This document shows, piece by piece, positions 51,573 through 64,000 of a stretch of DNA of 64,000 bases; the first letter of the stretch is position 1; each line of letters opens with the position of its first letter. Position numbers and translations under genes: made by a program. This stretch comes from Gemmatimonadales bacterium (lineage in GTDB: Bacteria; Gemmatimonadota; Gemmatimonadetes; Gemmatimonadales; GWC2-71-9): contig JBBQFH010000001.1 in assembly GCA_038321865.1 (NCBI GenBank), positions 64,001-128,000 on the forward strand. Direction: 5' to 3'. Below the pieces are notes generated by a model, which did not search any database, was not told where the DNA came from, and saw nothing but the letters and a program-made list of their open reading frames with translations.

Positions 51573-54409
51573 CGCATCACCGGGGGAGCGGGAACCGGCA
51601 GGCCCGCTTCCCGCGTCCACAGCATGCCACCGGTCTCGGCGACCACCGCCCCCATGGGAATGAAGCCGTCGCCGAGGAGCCATGGCGATGCTCTGAACGG
51701 AAACCGCGCGGTCGCCGCGGCGCGCGGGCCCAGCGTCATCGCGACCGGCGACGTCCCATCGGCGCCGGGCACACTGACCGCCGAGTCGGCGTAGAGCCGG
51801 ATCGTCGTACGCGCGGTCCAGGTATCAGCGGCAGCGCGCTCATCGGCGAATCCCGGAAACAGGGCGAGCTCGACTCGCATGGCACCATGGCCCGGCGGCA
51901 GCGGGACCTGCAGCCGCCCCAGTGCGTAATTCAACGGCTCCTTGGCGATCTGGCCGCCCGCGGAATCGAACAGGGTGAGCCCGAGATCCGTGAACCGCTC
52001 CCACTCGGTCGGCGCCATCGCCACCTCGATCACGACGCCGCGGGCCCAGGCCGGGACGATGAACGGCACGCGCTGCGGCTCCGAGCCGCGGGCGATGATC
52101 GGCTGCGTCCACTCAGCGCCGATGAGCACCACCGCTGCACGCGCGGCGACTGGTGCCGCGGTCAGATTGATGAGGGTGGCCTGGAGCCCGGCCCGGTCGC
52201 GCATCAGCTGCAAGGTCAATGGGGCCTGGCGCACATCAAGGCTTACCGTCGCCCGGTCGAGCGGTGGCGCGACGGCATCGATCTCGTACGTTCCGCCGAG
52301 CGCCTCCCGACCGCCGACATCGAAGACCGCGGACGATGGGCCGGTGCCGATGGGCAGGCCGGTCCCATCCCGATACGGCATGCCGCCGGGTTCGTGCAGA
52401 TAAAGCGTCGCCCCGTCGGCGGCCGAGGACCCGCGCACGCTGAACGGACGCCCACTGTCCGCGGTGAAAAACACCCGCTCGACGCCGCCGCCGGGTACAT
52501 CGAGTCGGAGGGTCACGTCGCGTCCGGCCGGATGAGCGATGACCACGGTGTTGACCAGCCGAAACGCGGGACCACCCTGCGTATCCGAACGCCACCCGGT
52601 GACCACAGCCGAATAGACGCCGGGCGCCGCGAAGGCTCGGGAGTCGTAGGTCAGCCGGACCGCCCCTGCGGCCGGGCCGGCAATCACGCGATCGGGGGCA
52701 TGCAGCCATGGGGCGCTCGCGCGCAGGCGAAAGGTGTCGACACGGGCGGGCCGCAGCATGAATGTCACCACGGTGTCCGCGAGTCCGCCGCGCGTCACCG
52801 CCTGATACGCCGCTGACCTGCCCGGCCGTCCCGACACGAATGCATCGACCGGCTCGGCGGTGCGAGCGCTCTGCAACCAGCGGAACGCGCGCCCGACGTC
52901 GGGCAGGCCGGCGCCCTCGTCGAGGAAGGTGCTGCCTGCCGACGGACGGGCCGTCACCATCAGCGCCTGCCGGACCGTCGCGGCGTCGAGCCGGCGCGGA
53001 GCGGCCGCTGAGATGAGGAGCGCCACGAGGCCGGCCGCATGCGGGGAGGCCATGCTGGTTCCGTTCTCGCGCTCGCCGCCCACATCCCAGCGCGGGACCG
53101 TCGAGTAGGCCATCCCGGGCGTCACGATGTCGGGCTTCGCGAGCTCGCCGCCGCGCGCGCTGAAGAAGGCGAGCGGGCCGGCGGGCCGCTGGCCCGGAGC
53201 AGCGGTCAGAAAGGTGGAGGGCAGCGTGGCGCCGACCGTGATGACCCGTGCCGCCGAGCCGGGAAAGCCCACGGTGGAGAGGCCCGGGCCGTCGTTGCCC
53301 GCGCTCACGGTGAAGGTCACTTCCGGATGCGCGGCGAGCGCGGAGTCGAGAATCGCATCGATCCTCGCGGCGCCCTCGCTTTCGTTGCCCACGCCGAAGC
53401 TCATGTTGACGACCAGCGGCAAGTGGCGGGCAGCGGCGAAGCCGATGGCGTAGGCCAGCGCCCGGATCATGCTGGCAGTCGTCGTGATGCCGCCCTGGGC
53501 ATCATCGGCGATCTTGCATTCAAGGAGGAAGGCGCCTGGTGCCACGCCGTCGAATCCCCGGATCCCGTACATGTCATGGCCAGCCGCAATCCCCGAGACG
53601 TGCGACCCGTGACCCGACGTATCGAAAAAGAGATCCAGCGTCGGCGGGCTGGCCTCGCCGGCATCGGCGAAGTTGACGGCGATGTTCAGCGGCGCGGGTC
53701 TTCCCGCCGTCGACCACGCGAAGGTGTCGTGCCCCGTGAGGTAGTCGTGGATCGGCCGCTCATTGGCCAGGGAACCGTCACCGTCCGTGTCGGCGAACAG
53801 CACCCACCCGTCGCTGGCGAGTGCGACGACGACCGGCAGCGAGTCACCGACACTCCCATTACCGTTGACGTCCGCGGCCGGCGCTTCGCCGAGCGGCAGC
53901 TCCCGGAGGACGCCACCAAAGCTGCGGCTGCCGCTTGCGAGCGCCGCGACACGGCCGAATCCGGCCAGCCGTTGGCCACCGACTTGGACGGTATCTCCCC
54001 GCGGGCTCAGCGGCGTCAGTACGACCAGTCCCTCGCGGGAAAAATCGCGCAGATCGAGCACCTTGCGCTCGCCGGTGGAGGTACGACCCAGGCCGGCGAT
54101 GCCGGGATCGATGCCGCTGTCGAGCACGGCGATCAGGACGCCGCGGCCGTCGAATGTCGGGTGGGTCCGGATGAACGCATCGACCCCGGTTTCGCCGAGC
54201 GGCATCCAGCCGTTCCGAAACGCCTCGTCCGGCGGTGCCGACGGCGGCGGCGCCGCAGGCATCGCCGACGAGTCGCGCCGCGCCGCGCTTTCGGCCGGGG
54301 GCAGCGCCCCCGGGTCCATGTTCGGTTTGGGCGCGGGGGCCGGGGCGGCGGCGGCGCAGCCGAAGGCGGCGGCGATCGAGACCAGCGAAAGCGGGAACAG
54401 TCGGGCCAA
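51569..54409 (-). CDS. S8 subtilase, tripeptidyl-peptidase II/pyrolysin-like, predicted lipoprotein
   Basis: TTG after AGGAG; lipobox [47 protein letters not shown]. Confidence 0.88.
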   Translation of the reverse strand: MARLFPLSLVSIAAAFGCAAAAPAPAPKPNMDPGALPPAESAARRDSSAMPAAPPPSAPPDEAFRNGWMPLGETGVDAFIRTHPTFDGRGVLIAVLDSGIDPGIAGLGRTSTGERKVLDLRDFSREGLVVLTPLSPRGDTVQVGGQRLAGFGRVAALASGSRSFGGVLRELPLGEAPAADVNGNGSVGDSLPVVVALASDGWVLFADTDGDGSLANERPIHDYLTGHDTFAWSTAGRPAPLNIAVNFADAGEASPPTLDLFFDTSGHGSHVSGIAAGHDMYGIRGFDGVAPGAFLLECKIADDAQGGITTTASMIRALAYAIGFAAARHLPLVVNMSFGVGNESEGAARIDAILDSALAAHPEVTFTVSAGNDGPGLSTVGFPGSAARVITVGATLPSTFLTAAPGQRPAGPLAFFSARGGELAKPDIVTPGMAYSTVPRWDVGGERENGTSMASPHAAGLVALLISAAAPRRLDAATVRQALMVTARPSAGSTFLDEGAGLPDVGRAFRWLQSARTAEPVDAFVSGRPGRSAAYQAVTRGGLADTVVTFMLRPARVDTFRLRASAPWLHAPDRVIAGPAAGAVRLTYDSRAFAAPGVYSAVVTGWRSDTQGGPAFRLVNTVVIAHPAGRDVTLRLDVPGGGVERVFFTADSGRPFSVRGSSAADGATLYLHEPGGMPYRDGTGLPIGTGPSSAVFDVGGREALGGTYEIDAVAPPLDRATVSLDVRQAPLTLQLMRDRAGLQATLINLTAAPVAARAAVVLIGAEWTQPIIARGSEPQRVPFIVPAWARGVVIEVAMAPTEWERFTDLGLTLFDSAGGQIAKEPLNYALGRLQVPLPPGHGAMRVELALFPGFADERAAADTWTARTTIRLYADSAVSVPGADGTSPVAMTLGPRAAATARFPFRASPWLLGDGFIPMGAVVAETGGMLWTREAGLPVPAPPVMR

Positions 54410-54417
54410 GGGGACTC

Positions 54418-56064
54418 CTACCGGGGGGCGGCCGCGTCGAGCGGCGGAAGCACGAACGGACCCAGATGCGGCCCGGCATAGTTCGCCGCGATCCGCAGGG
54501 TAAATGCCAGCATGTCGCGCGTCTCCTCCGGGGTGACGATGGCATCGACGAAACCGCGCGCCGCGGCGTACTTGGCATCGAGCTGGAGCTCGTAATCCGC
54601 GCGCATCGAGTCCACCGCGTCGCGTACAGCAGGCGGCAGCTCGGCACCTGCACGCTGCGCGCGATCGATCTCCGGCCCGTGAACGGCCATGATGGCGGAC
54701 TCCCCTTCCATGACGGCCATGCGGCCGGTCGGCCAGGAGAGGATGAAGTCCGGATCGAAGCCCTGCCCGGCCATCGCGTAGTAGCCCGCGCCCGAGGCAT
54801 GGTTGACGGTGAGAACGATCTTCGGCACGACGGCCGTGGCCATCGCCTCGACCCAGTGGGCGCCGGCGCGAATGATGCCCGCGTGCTCCGCCTCGGGGCC
54901 GACCATGAATCCGCTCACGTCCTGCACGAAGAGGATCGGCAGCCGCTCGCGGCTCGCGGTCTCGATGAAGTAAGCCACCTTCTCCGCCGTTTCCGCGTAG
55001 ATGATCCCTCCGAACCGTGGCCGCTCCCCCGCCTTGCCCTTTATGAGCCCGCGCTGATTGGCGATGACCGCCACCGGCCACCCTTCGATGCGCGCATGGC
55101 CGCAGAGCATCTCGCGCGCGACGTTCGGCTGGAATTCGGTGAGGGCGCCGGCGTCGAGCACGCAGTCGAGCACGTGGCGCATGTCGTAGGAGAGCCGGTG
55201 ATCGTGCGGCAGCAGCTGGTAGAGCTCGGAAGCGGGGCGCGACGCCGCGACAGGCGGGGCGAGTCGCTGCGTGAGTCCGGAGATGGTCGGCAGCCGGCCC
55301 ACGTACTCCCGGATGGCGACGAGGCAGTCGGTGTCGGTGGCGGCCCGATAATGGGCCACGGCGCTCACCTCGGTATGCGTCACGGCGCCGCCAAGGGTCT
55401 CGGCATCGATCGTCTGGCCGGTGGCGCCCTTGACCAGGTTGGGTCCGCCCAGTCCCATGAAGCTGGTGCCGTCCACCATGAAGATCACGTCGGACAGCGC
55501 CGGGAGGTACGCGCCGCCCGCGATGCAGCTGCCCATGACCGCGCTGATCTGCGGAACACGCAGGTAGCGCCGCATGATCGAGTTGTAGTAGAAGATGCGG
55601 GCCGCACCGTACTGTCCCGGAAAGACGCCGCCCTGATAGGGCAGGTTCACCCCCGCGCTGTCCACCAGGTAGATGATCGGGATCCGCTGCCGCATCGCGA
55701 CTTCCTGTGCCCGCAGGATCTTGCGGATGGTCTCGGGCCACCAGGATCCCGCCTTCACGGTCGAGTCGTTCGCGACCACGACGACCTCACGGCCCTCGAC
55801 CGTGCCGACGCCGGTGATTACGCCGGCCCCCGGCGCCTGCCCGTCGTACTGATCGTAGGCCACCAGCAGGCCGAGCTCGAGCCAGGGCGTGCCGCTGTCC
55901 AGCAGACGCTCGACGCGCTCCCGCGGCGCCAGCTTCCCCTGCTGCCGCATCTTCTCGGCGCGAGTCGCGCCGCCGCCTTCCCGCAGCCGGGCTGCGACCG
56001 CGGCATACTCGTCCGTGAGCTGCCGGAGCCGATTCGCGCGGCTCGTGGTCGCGGCAGTGGTCAT
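54418..56064 (-). CDS. Acyl-CoA carboxylase carboxyltransferase subunit (MCC/GCC beta-like)
   Basis: VAND.TVKAG, YLVDSAG.NLP.Q, AGGAY, GGP.LVK.ATG, GFMVG, GAGYYAM.G. Confidence 0.92.
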   Translation of the reverse strand: MTTAATTSRANRLRQLTDEYAAVAARLREGGGATRAEKMRQQGKLAPRERVERLLDSGTPWLELGLLVAYDQYDGQAPGAGVITGVGTVEGREVVVVANDSTVKAGSWWPETIRKILRAQEVAMRQRIPIIYLVDSAGVNLPYQGGVFPGQYGAARIFYYNSIMRRYLRVPQISAVMGSCIAGGAYLPALSDVIFMVDGTSFMGLGGPNLVKGATGQTIDAETLGGAVTHTEVSAVAHYRAATDTDCLVAIREYVGRLPTISGLTQRLAPPVAASRPASELYQLLPHDHRLSYDMRHVLDCVLDAGALTEFQPNVAREMLCGHARIEGWPVAVIANQRGLIKGKAGERPRFGGIIYAETAEKVAYFIETASRERLPILFVQDVSGFMVGPEAEHAGIIRAGAHWVEAMATAVVPKIVLTVNHASGAGYYAMAGQGFDPDFILSWPTGRMAVMEGESAIMAVHGPEIDRAQRAGAELPPAVRDAVDSMRADYELQLDAKYAAARGFVDAIVTPEETRDMLAFTLRIAANYAGPHLGPFVLPPLDAAAPR

Positions 56065-56074
56065 GGCCGTAACC

Positions 56075-56512
56075 TCAAGCCTCGATATTGGTTGCGGCCC
56101 ATGACTCGATGTAGTCTATGAGCTCGGCCGTCGGAGTGCCGGGGCCGAACAGCCGGCCGACACCCAACGCCTCGAGCGCGTCCATGTCTTCGCGGGGAAT
56201 GATCCCTCCGCCGGTGACGAGGACGTCGGCCCGGCCGTTTTCCTCCAGCAGCTGGCGGACGCGGGGAAAGAGCGTCATGTGCGCGCCGGAGAGGATGGAC
56301 AGGCCGACGACATCGACGTCTTCCTGCACCGCCGCGGTCGCGATCATCTCGGGTGTCTGATGCAGCCCGGTGTAGATCACTTCCATGCCGGCGTCACGGA
56401 GCGCCGCCGCCACGACCTTGGCGCCGCGGTCGTGACCATCGAGGCCGGGCTTGGCCACGAGCACGCGACTCGGCCGGGTGAGGTGACGGGACCGGGGCTC
56501 AGCTGGCGTCAT
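56075..56512 (-). CDS. Acyl-CoA mutase small (cobalamin-binding) subunit
   Basis: [11 protein letters not shown] (DxHxxG), SILSGAH, GGIIP, FGPGT; GGAGG SD. Confidence 0.95.
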   Translation of the reverse strand: MTPAEPRSRHLTRPSRVLVAKPGLDGHDRGAKVVAAALRDAGMEVIYTGLHQTPEMIATAAVQEDVDVVGLSILSGAHMTLFPRVRQLLEENGRADVLVTGGGIIPREDMDALEALGVGRLFGPGTPTAELIDYIESWAATNIEA

Positions 56513-57752
56513 CGCGGGTGCCTCCGGCGAAGGAGCCGGCTTGAAGGGTGGTCACCGGAAGCGGAGAAGCGCCGAGAGTCCGTCGATCTGCGCACAGGCA
56601 TCCGGCTCATAGACGACGTTGACGTCCACATGCTGGCGGAGCGCTTCCTCGATCGCATCATCCACGACGTCGAGTACCGGAATCGCGGTGCCCTGCCCGC
56701 GACCGTCCCGGGCCTCCAGTCCCAGCGCGCCCGTATCGGCAAAGCGGACGCCGGGCATGGACGCATCGCCGTGCACCAGCAGCGCGCGCACCTGGCCGCG
56801 GCCCAAGGCCTTCAGCGTATCGGCGACCCCGTTGACCGCCCAGCCTTCACCCAGCCGCTCGACGGCCTCCTCCACCACATGCCGCTCGGTCGCGCGCTCG
56901 TACGCCTCACGCACCGCGAGCGTCGCCTGATGGACCGTGGCCGTGGTGACGTCCTTCGGACTGAGTTTCACGCTGCCCATGAGGCGTTCGGTGAGGTAGG
57001 AATGGAGGAATGGCTGGACTGCCGCCGCCTCGGTCCCGGTACCCGCGAGCACGATTCCGTGGGCCGGGTGGCCGCGATCCAACGTAAAGAGCTGGCGGGC
57101 CACCGCCTCAAAATGCCGCTGCTTCTCTTCGCGGATCCGATTGTTGTAGGTGTGCTCACCCCAGCCGGGACCGTTCTGGTCGCCGCGGAAACGGCTGCCC
57201 CGGGTGCTGGCGCTCCTCAGCCCGGGCAGCTCCCGCGTATCGAAGGCGGTGACCTCGAAGAACCGCGCGCTGGTGCGATCGACGACGGCCGTCAGCAGCC
57301 GCCCGAACTCATCCTCGACCGAGGCCAGTTCACGAACCAGCGGCGTGGTGTCGATCCCGAGCCGGGAGCGATGCACTACCGGGAGCGCGACGAGCTCGAA
57401 CAGCCCGATGCCCTCGCATGCGAACACCGCGACGCCCTGGGTGGCCGGCAGCATCGCCGGATTCTGCAGCTGCTTCTGGATCCGTCCGAGGTCCCGCAGC
57501 ACGGCATCGCCGATGGCCCGAGGCAGGGCAAGGCGACCCAGTCCCTGCTCCACCGCCCGAATGCGGTTCTTCAGCTTGATGAGGTACTTGCCGCGGGACC
57601 GGTCCCTCGGTTCCAGCTTGAGGTAGCAGGAGACGACCTGATGCGGGGCCGCTGAAATGTGTGTGAGGCGGGACAACGCCGCCTGCACCGGGGATCCGGA
57701 AGCACGCGGCGCGCCGCTGGCGGGCGAACGGGGGCGGCGGCGGGCGGTCGTA

Positions 57753-59458
<1,706 letters not shown>

Positions 59459-59462
<4 letters not shown>

Positions 59463-60499
59463 ACCCGTTCACCCTGTTTGAGGCCATCCACGACGTCAGC
59501 CGCGACTTCGTACGGACTGACCCGGCCGGCGACGATGTCGTCGAGCCGCTCATCGATCAGACGCTCGGCGTGCGCTTCATCCCAGACCCAGCGACGCGTG
59601 GCACGGTCCACCACCTCACGCGTCCGCTCCCGATGCCGGCGGCGGCGGCGCCCCTCGAGCCCGCCGGACGCGGCGAGCCAGGTGTGATGCTGCTCCAACC
59701 GCTCCGCCAGTTCCGCGACGCCGTCCCCCCTGGCGGCGGTCGCGAGCACCACTGGTGGCGTCCAGCTGCCATCCTCGCCCTGGGGTCCGTCGCTCTGCCT
59801 TACCCGCTTGACCGACAGCGCGCCGTGATGCGCCGGCACGTTTCGAAGCGCGTTTCCCCGGCGAATCCCGAGCGTGACTTCAATTTCGGATCGCAGTTTG
59901 TCCGCCCCGGGCCGGTCGGCCTTGTTCACCACGAAGATGTCGGCGATCTCCATAATGCCGGACTTGAGCGTCTGGATCCCGTCACCCGACTCGGGCACCA
60001 GCACGAGCACGGTGCTGTCCGCCATCCGTCCGACATCCAGCTCCGACTGGCCGACGCCGACCGTCTCAATGATGATGCGATCGAAGCCAGCCGCGTCGAG
60101 CACGTCGCACACTTCGCGCGTCGTCATGGCGAGGCCGCCGAGCGAGCCGCGGGTCGCCATGCTACGGATGTAGACGTCCCGATCCAGCGCGACGGATTCC
60201 ATCCGGATGCGGTCGCCCAACAGCGCGCCGCCGGTAAACGGGCTGGTGGGATCGACCGCCACTACGGCGACGCGGAGCTCCTGCGACCGGTACACCGCGA
60301 CCAGCCGTTCCACCAGGGTCGACTTGCCGGCGCCTGGCGGCCCCGTGATACCAATGCGGCGGGCGCGGCCGAGCTCACGATGTATCGCTGCCAGCAGCCG
60401 CTCGAAGCCGGCGCGGCCGTTCTCCACCACGGAGATGGCCCGCGCGAGCGCTGCGGTATTGCCGGCCTGCAGATCGGGGAGAAGACGGTCGGCATCCAT
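59459..60499 (-). CDS. meaB: Mutase-associated GTPase chaperone
   Basis: [39 protein letters not shown]. Confidence 0.95.
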
Positions 60500-60536
60500 G
60501 CGATGAAAGGTCGCTGGGGCCGTGGCGGGGAGCAAG

Positions 60537-61133
60537 CTAGGGCGCGGGGTCGGGCCCGGGATCAATCGCGGCGGGAACGATGCGCTTGCGCCGCAGCACG
60601 TACTTGATGAAGACGAGCACCAGGATCCCCACGATCACACCGGCGAGCAGCAGGTACTCGACCCGCTTGACCCGGCCGATCAGCACGTCCGCGCTTCCGC
60701 CCAGTGCGTACCCGAGCGACACGAACGCCGCCGTCCCCAGGAGGCAGCCGACGGCATCGATCGGAATGAAGCGACGGAGCTCGAGGCCGTGCAGCCCCCA
60801 GAACACCATGGATGCATTCTTGGTCCCGTAGACGAACCGGGCCGTCAGCAGCTGCCAGACACCCAGCCGGCGGGCCAGCTTTTCGACCTGCGGCCCGAAG
60901 CGGCGGTAGACGGCCCCCGCGCGAAAACGGGGTCCCCGCCAGCGACCCAGCGCGTACCAGAGGCAGTCCGAGGTCAGGCTGCCGGCGGCGCCGCAGGCGA
61001 TCGCCAGCGGCAGCGGGAAGAAGCCGAGGTGCGCCACCACCCCGGCCAGCACCAGTGACAGATCGCCCTCGAGTGCGGCGCCGAGGAAGACCGCCACCGT
61101 GCCGTGCTGCTCCATGATGTGCTGAATGCTCAT
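60537..61133 (-). CDS. DedA/VTT family membrane protein
   Basis: G..LEG, SD..WY.LGR, ARF.YG. Confidence 0.88.
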   Translation of the reverse strand: MSIQHIMEQHGTVAVFLGAALEGDLSLVLAGVVAHLGFFPLPLAIACGAAGSLTSDCLWYALGRWRGPRFRAGAVYRRFGPQVEKLARRLGVWQLLTARFVYGTKNASMVFWGLHGLELRRFIPIDAVGCLLGTAAFVSLGYALGGSADVLIGRVKRVEYLLLAGVIVGILVLVFIKYVLRRKRIVPAAIDPGPDPAP

Positions 61134-61334
61134 GCTGTCGTTCGTCTCCGCCAGAATGTCTCACGCACTGCCGCCCATGGGCCAAGGTGTCACCCGTGTC
61201 GTCGCCGCAAGGGCATTCGCCCCGCCACGCCGGACATCGGGGCCGCCGCGCGTTGGCGTCGAACTTGCCTTTGGGTGCCGTCGATGCACCGCGACTGCCG
61301 GTGCACTTCGGTCACCTTCGCCGGCGGGCATTCG

Positions 61335-62429
61335 ATGCGCATCGCTCTGGTCACGGAGTTCTACTACCCGCATCTTGGTGGCGTGACCGAGCATGTGCAC
61401 AATCTCGCGCTCGCGTTCCGACGCCTCGGACACGAGGTCTTCGTGGTGACTTCCGAGATGGGTGACCGGAGTCATGACGAGCCGTTCGTCCGCCGGATCG
61501 GCACCAGCCGGATGATATACAGCAGCGGCTCCTTCGCGCGCGTGACCACCGGCTGGCGGCTGCAGGCTCAGCTGCGAGACCTGTTCCGCAACGAACGGAT
61601 CGACATCGTTCACACCCATGGGCCGCTCGCGCCGACCCTCGGACTGGCCGCCCCGGCCGCGGCGCATGCGCTCGACATTCCGGTGATCGGAACCTTTCAC
61701 TCCTGGTTTCCCCAGTCCGCGCTATACCGGATCTTCCGCCAGCCCCTGCAGCGGCGGCTCGACGCCTACGCCGCGGCGATCGCGGTGAGCGAGCCGGTCA
61801 TCGCCGCCCACGGACGATACTTCAGGACCAACTGGCACGTCATCCCCAACGGCATCGATACGGACGTCTTTCGTCCCGCGGGGCGCGGGGACGGGCTCGA
61901 CGCGCCGCAGCTGCTCTTCCTCGGCCGGCTCGACCCGCGGAACGGGCTGGACACGGTGCTGAGGGCCATGCCCCGTATTCTCGCCGACCACCCGAAGGCG
62001 CGTCTAATCGTCGCCGGCGATGGGCCGCTGCGCAACGTCTACGAGCGGCTGGCGCGCCCGGTCGTGGATCACGTGGAGTTCATCGGCTACGTGAACGGCG
62101 ACCGACCGCACCACTACGCGACCGCCGACCTCTATCTGTGCCCGACGACCAAGGCGTCGTTCGGCATTACGCTGCTTGAGTCGATGGCCTGCGGCACGCC
62201 GATGCTCGTGAGCGACATCATCGGCTTCCGCGAGCTGGTGGACGGCGGCGCGGAGGCGATGCTGGTGCCCAAGGGTGAACCAGCGGCGTGGGCCGGCGCC
62301 GTCCTTCAGCTGATTCCCGACGCGCCGAGGCGGCAGCGGATGGGGTGCGCCGGCCGGGAGAAATCGCTGCGCTTCGCCTGGCCGGTGGTGGCCGAGCGCG
62401 TGCTCGACGTGTACCGGTCAGTGGCGTGA
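61335..62429 (+). CDS. GT4 glycosyltransferase (PimA-like)
   Basis: MRIALV, GGV.EH, GTFH, IPNGID, FLGR, SFGITLLESMACG. Confidence 0.92.
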   Translation: MRIALVTEFYYPHLGGVTEHVHNLALAFRRLGHEVFVVTSEMGDRSHDEPFVRRIGTSRMIYSSGSFARVTTGWRLQAQLRDLFRNERIDIVHTHGPLAPTLGLAAPAAAHALDIPVIGTFHSWFPQSALYRIFRQPLQRRLDAYAAAIAVSEPVIAAHGRYFRTNWHVIPNGIDTDVFRPAGRGDGLDAPQLLFLGRLDPRNGLDTVLRAMPRILADHPKARLIVAGDGPLRNVYERLARPVVDHVEFIGYVNGDRPHHYATADLYLCPTTKASFGITLLESMACGTPMLVSDIIGFRELVDGGAEAMLVPKGEPAAWAGAVLQLIPDAPRRQRMGCAGREKSLRFAWPVVAERVLDVYRSVA

Positions 62430-63136
62430 GCGCCATCGAGCTGGGCACCGCCGCGGCGCTCGGCGCCGCCGGTCTCGCCACGCTCGCGTACGGGGCCTAC
62501 GAGCCCAACTCCCGCCTGTTTGGCCCGGTGATCGGCAGCGGACCCCGGGAGCGCTCCGTGTATCTGACCTTCGACGACGGCCCCAACGAGCGGGCGACGC
62601 CAGTCATTCTCGAGTGCCTTACACGCCTGGACGTCACGGCGGCGTTCTTCATGGTGGGCACATTCGTCCGCCGCTCGCCGAGCCTTGCCGCCGCGGCGGC
62701 CGCGGCCGGTCACCTGGTCGGGAATCACACCGACACCCACGTGAAGCTCCATCGTCACGGACCCGGTCGGATCGGGCGTGAACTTGCCGCCGCCCACGAG
62801 GCGGTCCTGGAATATGCCAGGGTGACTCCGCGGGCCTTTCGGGCTCCGCACGGCTACCGCAATCCGTTCGTCCGGCGGGCAACAGCCAGATTCGGATACG
62901 ACGTATTCGGCTGGACGTTCGGCGTATGGGATTCGGCCCGCCCCGGAGCCGAGGAAATTCGCCGCCGGGTCCGGACGCAGCTCCGGCCCGGCGCAATCCT
63001 GCTTCTGCATGACGGTGACGGATACGACCCGACCGGCGACCGGATGCAGACCGCGGCCGCGCTTCCGGGAATCATCGCGGACATCCGGAACGCCGGTTAC
63101 CGGATCCGGCCCCTGGCGGAGCTGCTGACGAAATGA
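62426..63136 (+). CDS. Membrane-anchored CE4/NodB polysaccharide deacetylase
   Basis: N-terminal TM, LTFDDGP, NHTDTH, FRAPHG, LLHDG; GTGA overlap. Confidence 0.92.
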   Translation: MSAIELGTAAALGAAGLATLAYGAYEPNSRLFGPVIGSGPRERSVYLTFDDGPNERATPVILECLTRLDVTAAFFMVGTFVRRSPSLAAAAAAAGHLVGNHTDTHVKLHRHGPGRIGRELAAAHEAVLEYARVTPRAFRAPHGYRNPFVRRATARFGYDVFGWTFGVWDSARPGAEEIRRRVRTQLRPGAILLLHDGDGYDPTGDRMQTAAALPGIIADIRNAGYRIRPLAELLTK

Positions 63137-64000
63137 AGCGGGCATGGTCCGTCGCCGTTGCCGTCGTCGGCGCCGCGGCGCTCGCCTATGCAGCGATCCA
63201 CTTCCCCTGGCGGGAAGCGGGCCACTCGCTCGCGCGGGCGAATTCCGGATGGCTGGTGGCGGCGGCCATCGTAAACCTGATCTCGCTCGTCGCGAAGGGC
63301 GCCTCCTGGCATTTGCTGATTCGTCGCGCCGGACCGCTGCGGCTCGGCAGTTCGATCGGCGCCACGATTCTGGGCGCGGCTGCGGGCTCGGTGGGCCCTT
63401 CGGTGACCGGAGAAGCGGTGCGACTGAAATTCCTGGTGGCGCGGGAGCCGATCCCACTGCGGACGGCGACGGCGGGCGTCGTGGCCGCGCGCATGCTCGA
63501 GGCGATCAGCCTCATCGCACTGGTGGCGGGCGGGTCCGCGCTGCTGCCGGACGCCGCCTGGACCCGCACGCTCCGCGCTGCGGCGATCGCGCTGCTCTGC
63601 ATCGCCGCGGTCGGGTCACGTCCAGCGATCATGCGCCGTGTGGCGCCGAAGCTCGCGAGCGCCATGGGGGAGCGAGCGACCCGCGGGGCGCTGGGCTTGG
63701 CTGCGCTCAGCTGGATCGCGCAATGGGCCGCATATTACGCCGCCTGCCGCGCCGTCGCGCTGCCCGAAGCCCTCGGGTTGTCGCTCGCCGCGCTGATCCT
63801 CTCCAACCTCGGCGGCCTGCTGCGACTCACCCCCGGAAACGTCGGCGTGCTGCAGGCGGCATTCGCGATCGCCGCGCTGCGCATGGCCCTGCCCGCGGCA
63901 CCTGCGGTCGCCGCCTCGTTTCTCCTGCAGGGGGTCCAGATACTGCCCGTCCTCCTTGCCGGCGGCCTCGTGCTGACGATTCATTCGATGCGACCGGAGC
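63133..64000 (+). CDS. Lysylphosphatidylglycerol-synthase TM (MprF/AglD flippase-like) protein, 3' truncated
   Basis: ATGA overlap; frame open to window end; multiple TMs, GEAVR, TPGNVGV motifs. Confidence 0.8.
   Translation, partial: MKRAWSVAVAVVGAAALAYAAIHFPWREAGHSLARANSGWLVAAAIVNLISLVAKGASWHLLIRRAGPLRLGSSIGATILGAAAGSVGPSVTGEAVRLKFLVAREPIPLRTATAGVVAARMLEAISLIALVAGGSALLPDAAWTRTLRAAAIALLCIAAVGSRPAIMRRVAPKLASAMGERATRGALGLAALSWIAQWAAYYAACRAVALPEALGLSLAALILSNLGGLLRLTPGNVGVLQAAFAIAALRMALPAAPAVAASFLLQGVQILPVLLAGGLVLTIHSMRPE

Noticed and set aside
54410..55741. 1390-aa ORF suggesting a giant N-terminally extended protease or a frameshift fusion with the carboxyltransferase
   Set aside because: The extension is an Arg/Gly/Pro-rich alternate frame of the carboxyltransferase. 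The protease has its own SD, TTG and lipoprotein signal at 54409.

Overview
Very GC-rich, gene-dense core chromosomal region of a diderm bacterium. Gene content and protein style suggest Gemmatimonadota (inference, not verified). Almost all genes lie on the minus strand. From left to right: exported peptidases and an uncharacterised outer-membrane barrel/Ig-lipoprotein cluster; mdh-sdhCAB; trmL, moaDEA and HU; gap-pgk-tpiA-secG-carA; a long housekeeping run (yicC-gmk-rpoZ-coaBC-udg-dnaB-radA-ispD-tsaC-LMW phosphatase-aroE-comF); pepA, MFS, ABC-F, DEAD helicase, tRNA-Leu(CAA) and ppa; an ECF sigma/anti-sigma/Spy-like triad; rplU-rpmA, rng, acyl-CoA dehydrogenase and recQ; three tandem small beta-barrels; an ~11.6 kb B12/acyl-CoA operon; and a glycosyltransferase-deacetylase-flippase trio. 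I saw no mobile element, prophage, CRISPR array or rRNA. The most notable region is the 48.9-60.5 kb operon. Its B12 mutase carries the Phe/Gln isobutyryl-CoA-mutase signature rather than the Tyr/Arg methylmalonyl one. A release-factor (aRF1/baeRF1, Balon-like) homologue lacking GGQ sits between the two mutase subunits. A lipoprotein resembling tripeptidyl-peptidase II and a split AtuA also lie inside the operon. Two strongly structured, strand-specific RNA elements (3863-3954 and the rng leader) and a HexSDF-like aminoglycolipid module also merit follow-up. All calls come from motif recognition; no database searches were run.
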